This document shows, one piece after another, positions 7,964 to 15,486 of a stretch of 53,098 bases of DNA; position 1 is the stretch's first letter, and each line of letters starts with the position of its first letter. The DNA comes from a virus (Duplodnaviria > Caudoviricetes), in IMG/VR virus record IMGVR_UViG_3300025637_000017, positions 1 through 53,098 of that record. The stretch is one strand, 5' to 3'. The notes beneath the pieces are model-generated. The model searched no databases and was not told the origin of the DNA. It was given only the letters and a program-made list of their open reading frames with translations. Position numbers and translations under genes: made by a program.

Positions 7964-7969
7964 TGAGAT

Positions 7970-8347
7970 ATGAGAAACGAACACAAGATAGCCCTAATCA
8001 AGCACTACATAAGCCAGCCTAATTGTGTTGGCGTTGAGGTGGAGTGGGCAAATCAGAGGTCTTGCTTGACTTTCAAGCACGTTCTAACTGCCGATTGCAA
8101 TAACAACGAAAATATATTTTATATTGATGGACTTATTGAGGTTAATTTTAATGACAACCTTAAAATCATTGGCAACCCAAAGCCGATAGCCATAGAGCTA
8201 GATGATCTTAAGGTTGGTGATAGGGTTTGGGCTAATGGGAGAATGGGTGAGGTCGAGGATTTTACGTTAGGCTCTTATGATGTGTCTTTTAACGAAGATG
8301 ATTGGGGTGAATTTGAACGCCACGAACTAATCAAGGTGATGAAATGA
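7970..8347 (+). CDS. Hypothetical protein, possible C-terminal SH3/KOW-like barrel
   Basis: GGAG RBS; LKVGDRV...GEV...YDVSF pattern. Confidence 0.65.
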   Translation: MRNEHKIALIKHYISQPNCVGVEVEWANQRSCLTFKHVLTADCNNNENIFYIDGLIEVNFNDNLKIIGNPKPIAIELDDLKVGDRVWANGRMGEVEDFTLGSYDVSFNEDDWGEFERHELIKVMK

Positions 8348-8598
8348 CATTAATAGACTTAGACGCAATACAAGAAACACTTAGCGAGGTAGCTAAAAAG
8401 AAGCACGAGCGGTTGAGCGTAGCAGATGAAATCATAGCGATGATTGAGGCTCAAAAAGCATTTTATGAGGAAGCGGTAAGAGTTTCATCGCCACCAATTA
8501 AAAAGAGTTTCATTGAAAGGTCTAGCGCAATCAGTAGCGCGCTAGAGCAAGCCAAAGCAATCAAGGCTAAGAGTGAGGTGAGCGATGAAACGAATTGA
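8344..8598 (+). CDS. Hypothetical protein
   Basis: ATGA overlap; helical. Confidence 0.7.
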   Translation: MTLIDLDAIQETLSEVAKKKHERLSVADEIIAMIEAQKAFYEEAVRVSSPPIKKSFIERSSAISSALEQAKAIKAKSEVSDETN

Positions 8599-9025
8599 TA
8601 TGAGTGTTTTTGTGGGGCAGGATTTTGATTGTGAGTTTGCCGTGGAATTTCCAGCACACTATTGCCACATAGGCAAGCTTATGCGCATAAATAAGGGGTC
8701 ATCCAGAGTTTATGGCGCATTTGATACCGTGAAGGGTAGGCGATATTTTCCTTGCCGCCCAAGACTAAACCACTGGCACTTTAATGATGGCTCTATGGTC
8801 TTGCCTGATGGGTTGGTGGTTGAGTGCATTGACTATGAAGGCGTGGGAGGATCTATTATCAGAAATAGTGACGATATTAAGCAGTCCCTAGAATGGAAAG
8901 AAGAAGAGGTTTTCCTCTATGAAGGGGACTCTGAGTATTACTTGTCACCAGTAACAATAGTCGCAGTCAAAATACTAGGATTGCAGGAAGGCTACGAGCA
9001 TGAAGGCATGGAGGTGCGCGAGTGA
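8585..9025 (+). CDS. Hypothetical protein, paralog of 9903..10340
   Basis: MSxFxGxxFDCEF and CRPRLN motifs. Confidence 0.75.
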   Translation: MKRIDMSVFVGQDFDCEFAVEFPAHYCHIGKLMRINKGSSRVYGAFDTVKGRRYFPCRPRLNHWHFNDGSMVLPDGLVVECIDYEGVGGSIIRNSDDIKQSLEWKEEEVFLYEGDSEYYLSPVTIVAVKILGLQEGYEHEGMEVRE

Positions 9026-9206
9026 GTAGCGCGGACATAGAGAACTGGCTCGACGTGGAGCAAATGAGAGCAATCATGGGGGTTGAACTACCCACCTTCC
9101 GAAATCAACGCGTAAGAGACATTTTGAGGATCTGCCTAACGAGCTTAAGCCGACTGTATTGGCTGTGACAAAGCTAGAGCACAAGGCCCAGGAACTGATG
9201 AAGTGA
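9022..9206 (+). pseudogene. Possible frameshifted remnant of an HNH endonuclease C-terminus
   Basis: Start-less frame encodes FEDLPNELKPTVLAVTKLEHKAQEL, resembling phage HNH tails from memory. Confidence 0.3.
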
Positions 9207-9261
9207 TCGATGTACGCCCAAACCCACACACTTAACGCTAAACGTATCGCCGAGGTATAAC

Positions 9262-9777
9262 ATGAAGCACGAAATTAAGAACAATTTTGGTAAAACTATT
9301 TACACCACAGAGGTTGATGGACGCAAGCACAAAACCCTGCAAGCAAAACTTAAACAGGCCGTTTTTATGGCGGTAAGTGACGGCGCAAACCTTGGAGGCG
9401 CAAACCTTGGAGGCGCATACCTTGAAGGCGCATACCTTACAGGCGCATACCGTAGAGGCGCATACCTTGAAGGCGCATACCTTAATGTCCCTGTCATTAA
9501 GAACATTCACCAAGAAATACAGAAAGCGACCAAACACAAAGGCGCACTTAAAATGGGCGATTGGCATTGCGGCACAAGCCATTGTCGTGCTGGTTGGGCG
9601 GTGCATCTTGCAGGGGATGCTGGGTATGAGCTTGAAAAGAAAACATCAACAGCTACAGCCGCTTATCTCATATATCGCAAAAGCTCAGATTTGCCTTTTG
9701 CTTTGAATTTCTACGCGAGTAACGAGGATGCCTTAGCCGAGATTAACCGAATGGCTGAGATTGAAGCATCAGCTTAG
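9262..9777 (+). CDS. Pentapeptide-repeat protein with C-terminal WHCGTxHCRAGW domain
   Basis: GANLG/GAYLE repeats. Confidence 0.85.
   Translation: MKHEIKNNFGKTIYTTEVDGRKHKTLQAKLKQAVFMAVSDGANLGGANLGGAYLEGAYLTGAYRRGAYLEGAYLNVPVIKNIHQEIQKATKHKGALKMGDWHCGTSHCRAGWAVHLAGDAGYELEKKTSTATAAYLIYRKSSDLPFALNFYASNEDALAEINRMAEIEASA
9382..9484 (+). repeat. 15-bp tandem repeat x7 (coding)
   Basis: GGCGCAWACCTTGRA-type units encoding the pentapeptides. Confidence 0.9.
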
Positions 9778-9780
9778 GCG

Positions 9781-9897
9781 CAAGCAATAAAACTCAAGCA
9801 TAAAGTAATGAAACTCGAACATAAGCGAATAACGGCACAGCACAATAAGCGAATGCTAGACACGAACATAACAATTTTGCATGAATTTTGAACGGAG
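9781..9897. repeat. Intergenic direct repeat, copy 2
   Basis: See 7853..7963. Confidence 0.85.
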
Positions 9898-9902
9898 AGA
9901 GT

Positions 9903-10340
9903 ATGAGTAACGAAATGAAAACACCAAATATGAGCGCGTTTATTGGTAGTGGGTTTGATTGTGAGTTTTTCTATGACCGAAAGCGCCCGATGCTGTCGCA
10001 CCCAACCATCGGTCAGTTAACGGAAATTGACTCATTGAATTTTAGGTGTGAAGGCATGGGGATGTTTGATGGTTGCCGCCCACGCCTAAACAAGCCACAA
10101 GTGCTAGATGATTATAGTGTTTTGCCTAGAGGCTTTCAGTATGTCATCAGGTTCAGCAACTACAAGATACTCAACGGTGCGCCAGTAACGAGTGACGTTC
10201 ATCAATGGGAGTCACTTCGCAATATGATTGGAAATGACAATTACGACATTGAATGGGTGGTAATAATTGGAGTAACCGAAGAATACCGCGAGTGGGGCGA
10301 ATCGGTAGGCATGGAATGGGTGAGCGATGAAACAGCTTAA
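9903..10340 (+). CDS. Hypothetical protein, paralog of 8585..9025
   Basis: FDCEF and CRPRLN motifs; GGAG RBS. Confidence 0.75.
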   Translation: MSNEMKTPNMSAFIGSGFDCEFFYDRKRPMLSHPTIGQLTEIDSLNFRCEGMGMFDGCRPRLNKPQVLDDYSVLPRGFQYVIRFSNYKILNGAPVTSDVHQWESLRNMIGNDNYDIEWVVIIGVTEEYREWGESVGMEWVSDETA

Positions 10341-10698
10341 AAACCTAGATCATAGCTTTGATCTAAACGTTTCAGAGATTGGCGTAACAATTAGGATGGG
10401 TGACAAGTGGCGACTGCCAAAAGGTGAGGTTTTTCTCTTGGTTGAACAATACTCAGACGGAAGCCGAGACAGAATGGCTGGCAGTGGTGTGGCAGTTGAT
10501 TCTTGGTGCGGGGCTTTTGAAGAAATACCAGATAGCTTGCTCGCCTTGGAACACAACAAATCAGCCAGAGATAAGACCGTATTGTTTGGAATGATGAAGG
10601 CTGGGTATGGTGAGCAGTTTGATGAAACCAGCATAGTTACTGCCTTTACATACAGGCGTTTAGTAAAGAGTGAGGTTAGCGATGAATCAAACAGGTAA
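10327..10698 (+). CDS. Hypothetical protein, possibly ASCH/PUA-like
   Basis: GVTIRMGDKW...G pattern; family call weak. Confidence 0.5.
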   Translation: MKQLKNLDHSFDLNVSEIGVTIRMGDKWRLPKGEVFLLVEQYSDGSRDRMAGSGVAVDSWCGAFEEIPDSLLALEHNKSARDKTVLFGMMKAGYGEQFDETSIVTAFTYRRLVKSEVSDESNR

Positions 10699-10734
10699 AA
10701 TAAAACTTTACTCTTAACCAAATATGTGTATAAT
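10695..10734 (+). promoter_or_regulatory. Promoter TTTACT-N16-TATAAT with GTAAA-N7-TTTAC palindrome
   Basis: Consensus -10; same architecture as 2728 and 5218. Confidence 0.75.
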
Positions 10735-10767
10735 ACGCATATAGCAACCAGAACCAAGGACCATGAA

Positions 10768-10971
10768 ATGAGCACCGAATTAATCGAGACAAGAACAAGA
10801 CAACGTAACGCTATCGAGAACGGCATCCATGAGTGCTTCGGGCACCTTCGTAGTCTTGGGCTTGATAGCACTCACCACACCCCCGAAATGGAGACGGCGA
10901 GACTCGCGATGTGGTCCGCTTACCATTCCCTTAGTGAAGAAATAGAGCGGCTAGAAGCGCAGAGGAAATAA
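10768..10971 (+). CDS. Hypothetical protein
   Basis: AAGGA RBS after promoter. Confidence 0.65.
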   Translation: MSTELIETRTRQRNAIENGIHECFGHLRSLGLDSTHHTPEMETARLAMWSAYHSLSEEIERLEAQRK

Positions 10972-10972
10972 C

Positions 10973-11269
10973 ATGAAACCATCAACCTACCACCACTACA
11001 AGGCTATCACAGAGGAAGAGGAAACAATTATGGATAACATAGACCAGCTACATTTTGAGTTATTAAGGGCGGATCGGGCGCTACGCAAGAACAGGCTCAA
11101 CTACAACAACACCACACTACTGGTGGAGTCTTTCGCCAAGGAGCACCCTGATCAGGGGATCCCTCTGGACCTGATACTCGAGCAGGGCGCCGCGTATATG
11201 GCTATGCTCACCTTCACGTATGAAGTAGAGCGCCTCGAGAAAGAGATCGCTGAGCTAGAAAGAGCTTAG
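10973..11269 (+). CDS. Hypothetical protein
   Basis: GAGGA RBS. Confidence 0.7.
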   Translation: MKPSTYHHYKAITEEEETIMDNIDQLHFELLRADRALRKNRLNYNNTTLLVESFAKEHPDQGIPLDLILEQGAAYMAMLTFTYEVERLEKEIAELERA

Positions 11270-11311
11270 TTTTTCACCAGTACATTTAAGTACATTACAA
11301 GGAGCTTTAAT

Positions 11312-11827
11312 ATGAATCACCCAACAAGTAATCACCCAACAAGTAATCACCCAACAAGTAATCAGCTACGAAAGGTTGTTCTCAACTTTGATAAAGCTAT
11401 CAGTTTAGCGAAAGTCGATGCGCCTGTGAACATGCAGAGCACCTCGATAGCCTACGAGGATAATATCTGCGGAACCCCAATGTGTCACGCGGGGTGGTAC
11501 TTAATATCTGTTAAGGCGGGAGCTATGCGGGAGTGGGCGCGGGACAACTCTGATCGATGGGACTTCCCCACCTACATTGATGGAGTGGGAGCGCTTTCTA
11601 AGGACCTAGGGTTTACTACACGCCACCAGCTAGTGTACTACTACGAAGCTCGCCCAGAGCTCTGGGGTAACGATTGCGGTATAGAAATGTTCTCAAGTGA
11701 GTCGGCGTTCTTTACGGAAGACGAGTCTTATTACGAGGGTAAGCTTACCTTATCCGTGATACGCAATTGGTGGGCAGGCGTGCATAACCGTACGTTCCCA
11801 GACCAAGATCCTATTCAGGAGATCTAG
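11312..11827 (+). CDS. Hypothetical protein, paralog of 4222..4722
   Basis: Shared motifs; AAGGAG RBS. Confidence 0.8.
   Translation: MNHPTSNHPTSNHPTSNQLRKVVLNFDKAISLAKVDAPVNMQSTSIAYEDNICGTPMCHAGWYLISVKAGAMREWARDNSDRWDFPTYIDGVGALSKDLGFTTRHQLVYYYEARPELWGNDCGIEMFSSESAFFTEDESYYEGKLTLSVIRNWWAGVHNRTFPDQDPIQEI
11315..11364 (+). repeat. 15-bp tandem repeat x3 (AATCACCCAACAAGT)
   Basis: Exact copies encoding NHPTS x3. Confidence 0.9.
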
Positions 11828-12172
11828 ATGAACCTACTGCAGAAAATAAAAGCTACCCTGATAAACAGGATGCTCAAGAAGGAGGGTCTTCAGGACAGCC
11901 AGTGGGGGCAACAAATCAAAATTGCACTTAGAAGAGGACACTTCACCAGAGAGGAGGGCTTAGGCAGCCTCTGTTGGGACACCTGCGCTACGGCAGACCT
12001 TCTATCCGATGATTGCCCCGAGCTACTCAAGGACCCTGTGCTATCGACACAGGGGTTTGTGTTCACGCACCATGTGCTTAATGATAACTTTTATCGTTCG
12101 GCGAGAACACTCGTAGCGATCAACAAACGAGTTCGCCAGCTCAAGGGCCTAGAGCTTTGGGACAAGCTGTAA
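11828..12172 (+). CDS. Hypothetical protein
   Basis: AGGAG RBS; abuts upstream stop. Confidence 0.7.
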   Translation: MNLLQKIKATLINRMLKKEGLQDSQWGQQIKIALRRGHFTREEGLGSLCWDTCATADLLSDDCPELLKDPVLSTQGFVFTHHVLNDNFYRSARTLVAINKRVRQLKGLELWDKL

Positions 12173-12184
12173 CTAAATAAACGT

Positions 12185-12212
12185 TTGACAATAAGTAAAA
12201 TAACTGTATACT
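12185..12212 (+). promoter_or_regulatory. Promoter TTGACA-N16-TATACT
   Basis: Consensus -35; intergenic. Confidence 0.75.
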
Positions 12213-12245
12213 ACGCTATATACCAACAAGGAACTGGAGCAACTA

Positions 12246-12545
12246 ATGAAAGTCAGCCTAATACATCAACCAAAGGTCCGCTCTAGTTTATCGGAGGGGC
12301 CAGTAGTTACTATTAAACAGAACAAGTACGCTTATGATGAGGGGGTTCAGGTCTCATTAGAGAACATCGATTACCTTATAACAGAGCTACAGAAAGCTAA
12401 AGAAACATTAACCAAGCACAAAGATTTCGCGGAGAAGATGCATGCAACCAAACTACAACAATCAGAAGCTACCAACCACGAACCCGCTAATAAGCAAACT
12501 CGCGGCGTTGTTCTTGCTACTAACGATATTAGCTTATCCGATTAA
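12246..12545 (+). CDS. Hypothetical protein
   Basis: GGAG RBS after promoter. Confidence 0.65.
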   Translation: MKVSLIHQPKVRSSLSEGPVVTIKQNKYAYDEGVQVSLENIDYLITELQKAKETLTKHKDFAEKMHATKLQQSEATNHEPANKQTRGVVLATNDISLSD

Positions 12546-12666
12546 CCTATATAAATTAACCCAGTGTGATTTCACTGGCGATAATTATCGGTGTGAGTTA
12601 CTCCACGCTATCGGTGTAATACCCCCAACCCAGATCTTCGTGGTGTGGGCAGGAACAGATAAATAA
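12442..12666 (+). CDS. Small membrane protein
   Basis: Hydrophobic helix; N.YKL..CDF...CE..H.IG pattern. Confidence 0.6.
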   Translation: MQPNYNNQKLPTTNPLISKLAALFLLLTILAYPINLYKLTQCDFTGDNYRCELLHAIGVIPPTQIFVVWAGTDK

Positions 12667-12697
12667 CCTTTAAAAACAACGAGTTAGGAGAAAAATA

Positions 12698-13021
12698 ATG
12701 AGCCTGATCCAAGAAGAAGTGATAGAGGAGCTTAGCGCTGAAGTAGAGCACCTTAAAGAGGAGCTGAAAACAGCTCTTACATTAATAGCGGAAATAGACG
12801 CCGCTAATCAGAGCCTAGTGAAACTCTCACTGGTCCTTGAGACTGAGCAGGACGTACTAGAGAGTGCCCAGAAAACACTCGAGCGAATAGGGCAGAGCTA
12901 TCCTCGGGACGAATTTTTTGTTAAGGAGTTCTTCCCGTTCTATGCTGATTATGATGAGTACCTGCTTAGGGCGCTCGCGGGGTGTATGTATAACTACTCT
13001 ATCGAGGTTCTCGAAGAATGA
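12698..13021 (+). CDS. Hypothetical coiled-coil protein
   Basis: AGGAG RBS. Confidence 0.7.
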   Translation: MSLIQEEVIEELSAEVEHLKEELKTALTLIAEIDAANQSLVKLSLVLETEQDVLESAQKTLERIGQSYPRDEFFVKEFFPFYADYDEYLLRALAGCMYNYSIEVLEE

Positions 13022-13416
13022 TCTGCCCTAACCAAAAGTGTCTCTCTTCCAAGAATAAGGTTGTGGAGAGCAGTAAAGAGGGGGCGACCGTTATTCGAAG
13101 ACGGGAGTGCAAATGTTGCGAGACAAGGTTCAACACCTGTGAGGTTATGGTCTCCCAGAGAGGAACCAGAATCAGTAGCTCTGATAGCGTGGGGTTAGGA
13201 CGTACCCGAAGATCTCAACGAAGAGCAGGTATTGAGGCGGTTGTTGCTTCCATGGAGACGGATACTAATAGGGCCAAATTGCAGGCGGCTCGAAAAGTCA
13301 AAACCGCCAGAAGAAGGGACCAAGAGGATGTGTCACGCTATTACAGCGATGAGTATGTCGATACGATGGTGTCGGACGATGATGTTAAGGATTTAATGGA
13401 ACTGTTTGGAGAATAA
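13018..13416 (+). CDS. NrdR-like N-terminal zinc-ribbon protein
   Basis: MICP...C.....KVVES......IRRRECKCC..RF.T.E; no ATP-cone evident. Confidence 0.7.
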   Translation: MICPNQKCLSSKNKVVESSKEGATVIRRRECKCCETRFNTCEVMVSQRGTRISSSDSVGLGRTRRSQRRAGIEAVVASMETDTNRAKLQAARKVKTARRRDQEDVSRYYSDEYVDTMVSDDDVKDLMELFGE

Positions 13417-13693
13417 AATGAACTACCTATGGGATTGCGCTATTGATTTAAGACAAGATTTTTTGTATTGGTTAACGAGAATACACCCTGTCTGGGCTAC
13501 CCTGATAGGAGCCGTATTAATTCCGCTCAGTGCGTTGCTGATATTCGCATTGGTCTCCGCGGTAGGGATGGTCGTTCTTTGGGTGCTCTCACTGTTCGCC
13601 CCCGCATGGGTGTGCGCACTGTTCGGAGCGATCTATTTCTTTACTTGTGCTGTGATTACTTGGGCAGCTACCGCTTGTTTATGGGAGATCTAG
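13406..13693 (+). CDS. Membrane protein (probable start 13418)
   Basis: 2-3 hydrophobic helices. Confidence 0.7.
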   Translation: MENKMNYLWDCAIDLRQDFLYWLTRIHPVWATLIGAVLIPLSALLIFALVSAVGMVVLWVLSLFAPAWVCALFGAIYFFTCAVITWAATACLWEI

Positions 13694-13906
13694 TTGGTGG
13701 TGAGGGTAAGGGTGTTCTCTGCTGGCGAGTTGATCAGGGAGAAAGAAATGCCTTGGATCGATTTTGTATTTAAGCTCCTAGAGCAACACCTCCCCGACAC
13801 ATCGTTAGCGGTCGATAAGCTCACGGTAATTTTCAAAACAGGCGTAGTTAATTACGATCTAAAGCAGTACAAAATAAACGCCGCAATAATAGAGGAAACA
13901 GAATGA
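13694..13906 (+). CDS. Hypothetical protein
   Basis: Fills the gap between coupled genes. Confidence 0.55.
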   Translation: MVVRVRVFSAGELIREKEMPWIDFVFKLLEQHLPDTSLAVDKLTVIFKTGVVNYDLKQYKINAAIIEETE

Positions 13907-14331
13907 AAAATTTATTGATAGCGGTCGATTACGACGGTACCTATTCTGAGGACCCGAAGGCGTTCGACCATGTAATAACGGAGTTCGAGAGCCACGGGCA
14001 CGAGTGCATAATTGTGACCGCCAGAGACGAGAAGGTTTCTCCAGTGGTGGTGAACACTAACCTTGGTCTGAAGGTCTACTACACTTCGGGGCAGTTAAAG
14101 GATCCCTATTTGCAGGACAACCACTCGATCCGACCAGATATATGGATAGAGGACCGCCCACAATCCGTGGGGAGAGTTGATGATTGGTTATTCCACGAGG
14201 AATCAAAGCGCTGGTACAAGGAGTGCGGTTACTGTGATGAGAACGGTAAGCTCCTTATTCTGTATCAATCAAAGCACGAGGAGGTAACTTGCAATTCTTG
14301 TAACGGCGAAAAGAGGTTATTCCCAGAATGA
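13903..14331 (+). CDS. HAD-superfamily phosphatase with C-terminal zinc finger
   Basis: IAVDYDGTY, VTAR, K, IEDRP; CxxC...CxxC. Confidence 0.8.
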   Translation: MKNLLIAVDYDGTYSEDPKAFDHVITEFESHGHECIIVTARDEKVSPVVVNTNLGLKVYYTSGQLKDPYLQDNHSIRPDIWIEDRPQSVGRVDDWLFHEESKRWYKECGYCDENGKLLILYQSKHEEVTCNSCNGEKRLFPE

Positions 14332-14396
14332 TGGATAAACTAAGAGAGTGGCTCGAAGCTATTTTTGAGTACCACAAGAAACCCTATAGGTGAAGC

Positions 14397-14576
14397 GTGA
14401 GTGACAAGAGAGATAGTTTTACGGGATGCGTAATACTCCCCCTAGAGATACAGCGGGACCCCGCCACTCACGAGATAAAGATCTTACAGGACCAGAAAAT
14501 AATTAAGATCACTCCTACGATGCTACCTCTGGTGGTGGAGTCATTACAGGAAGCACTGAAACTAATCAAGGGATAA
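14397..14576 (+). CDS. Hypothetical protein (59 aa, not in ORF track)
   Basis: GTG start after AGGTGA; open frame filling the gap. Confidence 0.5.
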   Translation: MSDKRDSFTGCVILPLEIQRDPATHEIKILQDQKIIKITPTMLPLVVESLQEALKLIKG

Positions 14577-14586
14577 AGAAACCAAG

Positions 14587-14934
14587 ATGCCGAACAAAAC
14601 AACGAACTACCAACTGAAGACTCCCAGCGGAGTTGAAGAACTGGTCTACAAAACCATGCAACACGCCTCTGATAAGAAGGACGCGGCTATCGCGGAAGCA
14701 ATAGAGCACGTACTCGGGCGACCCTACCATGGGCTCTGGGAGGTGGCTGATAGAGGTCACTGGCTTATTGTTGGTCCGAGCATAGCTCCACACCACTGCT
14801 CGGAGATTTTTTATTTTGATGACCGACCACTGCTTAAGGTAGTTGGGCCTTACTATGAGGAGTCCGCGGGGATAATCGTGTCTCGTCTTTTTATAGAGAG
14901 GCTGTACGAGCATAACGATACGAAGGAGGACTAA
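14587..14934 (+). CDS. Hypothetical protein
   Basis: Co-oriented ORF in cluster. Confidence 0.65.
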   Translation: MPNKTTNYQLKTPSGVEELVYKTMQHASDKKDAAIAEAIEHVLGRPYHGLWEVADRGHWLIVGPSIAPHHCSEIFYFDDRPLLKVVGPYYEESAGIIVSRLFIERLYEHNDTKED

Positions 14935-14938
14935 CTGT

Positions 14939-15145
14939 ATGCCTAAAAGCAGCGTAGTTTTTAAGAACGATGATCCCGCTCCGATGGGTTTTAAGAGATA
15001 CCTTAAGGGTGAGCGTGCGGAGGTATTGGAGTATAAAGCTCGCTTATCGGAAGGGCGTTGGTGGAATTACAAGCTTCGGGTGAACGCTCCCGCGGGTATC
15101 TCAAGCACGGTTCTTGTAAAAAGTATTGAAGTAACGAAAGTATAA
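14939..15145 (+). CDS. Hypothetical protein
   Basis: GGAGG RBS. Confidence 0.65.
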   Translation: MPKSSVVFKNDDPAPMGFKRYLKGERAEVLEYKARLSEGRWWNYKLRVNAPAGISSTVLVKSIEVTKV

Positions 15146-15204
15146 CTGGACCCCCGAATAGATCGGTGGTAAAATAAGTTTCAACGAACGAACGGTGATT
15201 TAAA

Positions 15205-15480
15205 ATGGTAAGCTTAAAAAGAAACGAGGACGAATCCTTCTCTGAGTACAAATCACGCAGAGCAAAGGATCAGATACTAACTACCAGAGCCCTCCGAGCA
15301 CGCCCAGTAGGGGGAGGTGTTTATTCTGGTAGCACCCCTCAATACATGAAAGCTATCGATAAGTCGGGCAAGATACTGCTACCCGTGCAGTACGTTAGGG
15401 TAGCCAAGGGGATTCCGTTTAAGAGAATATCTCCTAAGTACGCGGGAAAGAACCCAACACAAATCACAGCAAAAGCGTAG
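15205..15480 (+). CDS. Small basic hypothetical protein
   Basis: KR...ESF.EYK.RR motif. Confidence 0.7.
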   Translation: MVSLKRNEDESFSEYKSRRAKDQILTTRALRARPVGGGVYSGSTPQYMKAIDKSGKILLPVQYVRVAKGIPFKRISPKYAGKNPTQITAKA

Positions 15481-15486
15481 GCTCCT

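Noticed and set aside
9238-9706. Alternative-frame repeat ORFs (KVCAF, RYAP, AHTL)
   Set aside because: By-products of the 15-bp pentapeptide array
7853-9897. Integron attC sites or DGR template/variable repeat pair
   Set aside because: No inverted R-box structure, no adenine-specific mismatch pattern, no integrase or reverse transcriptase
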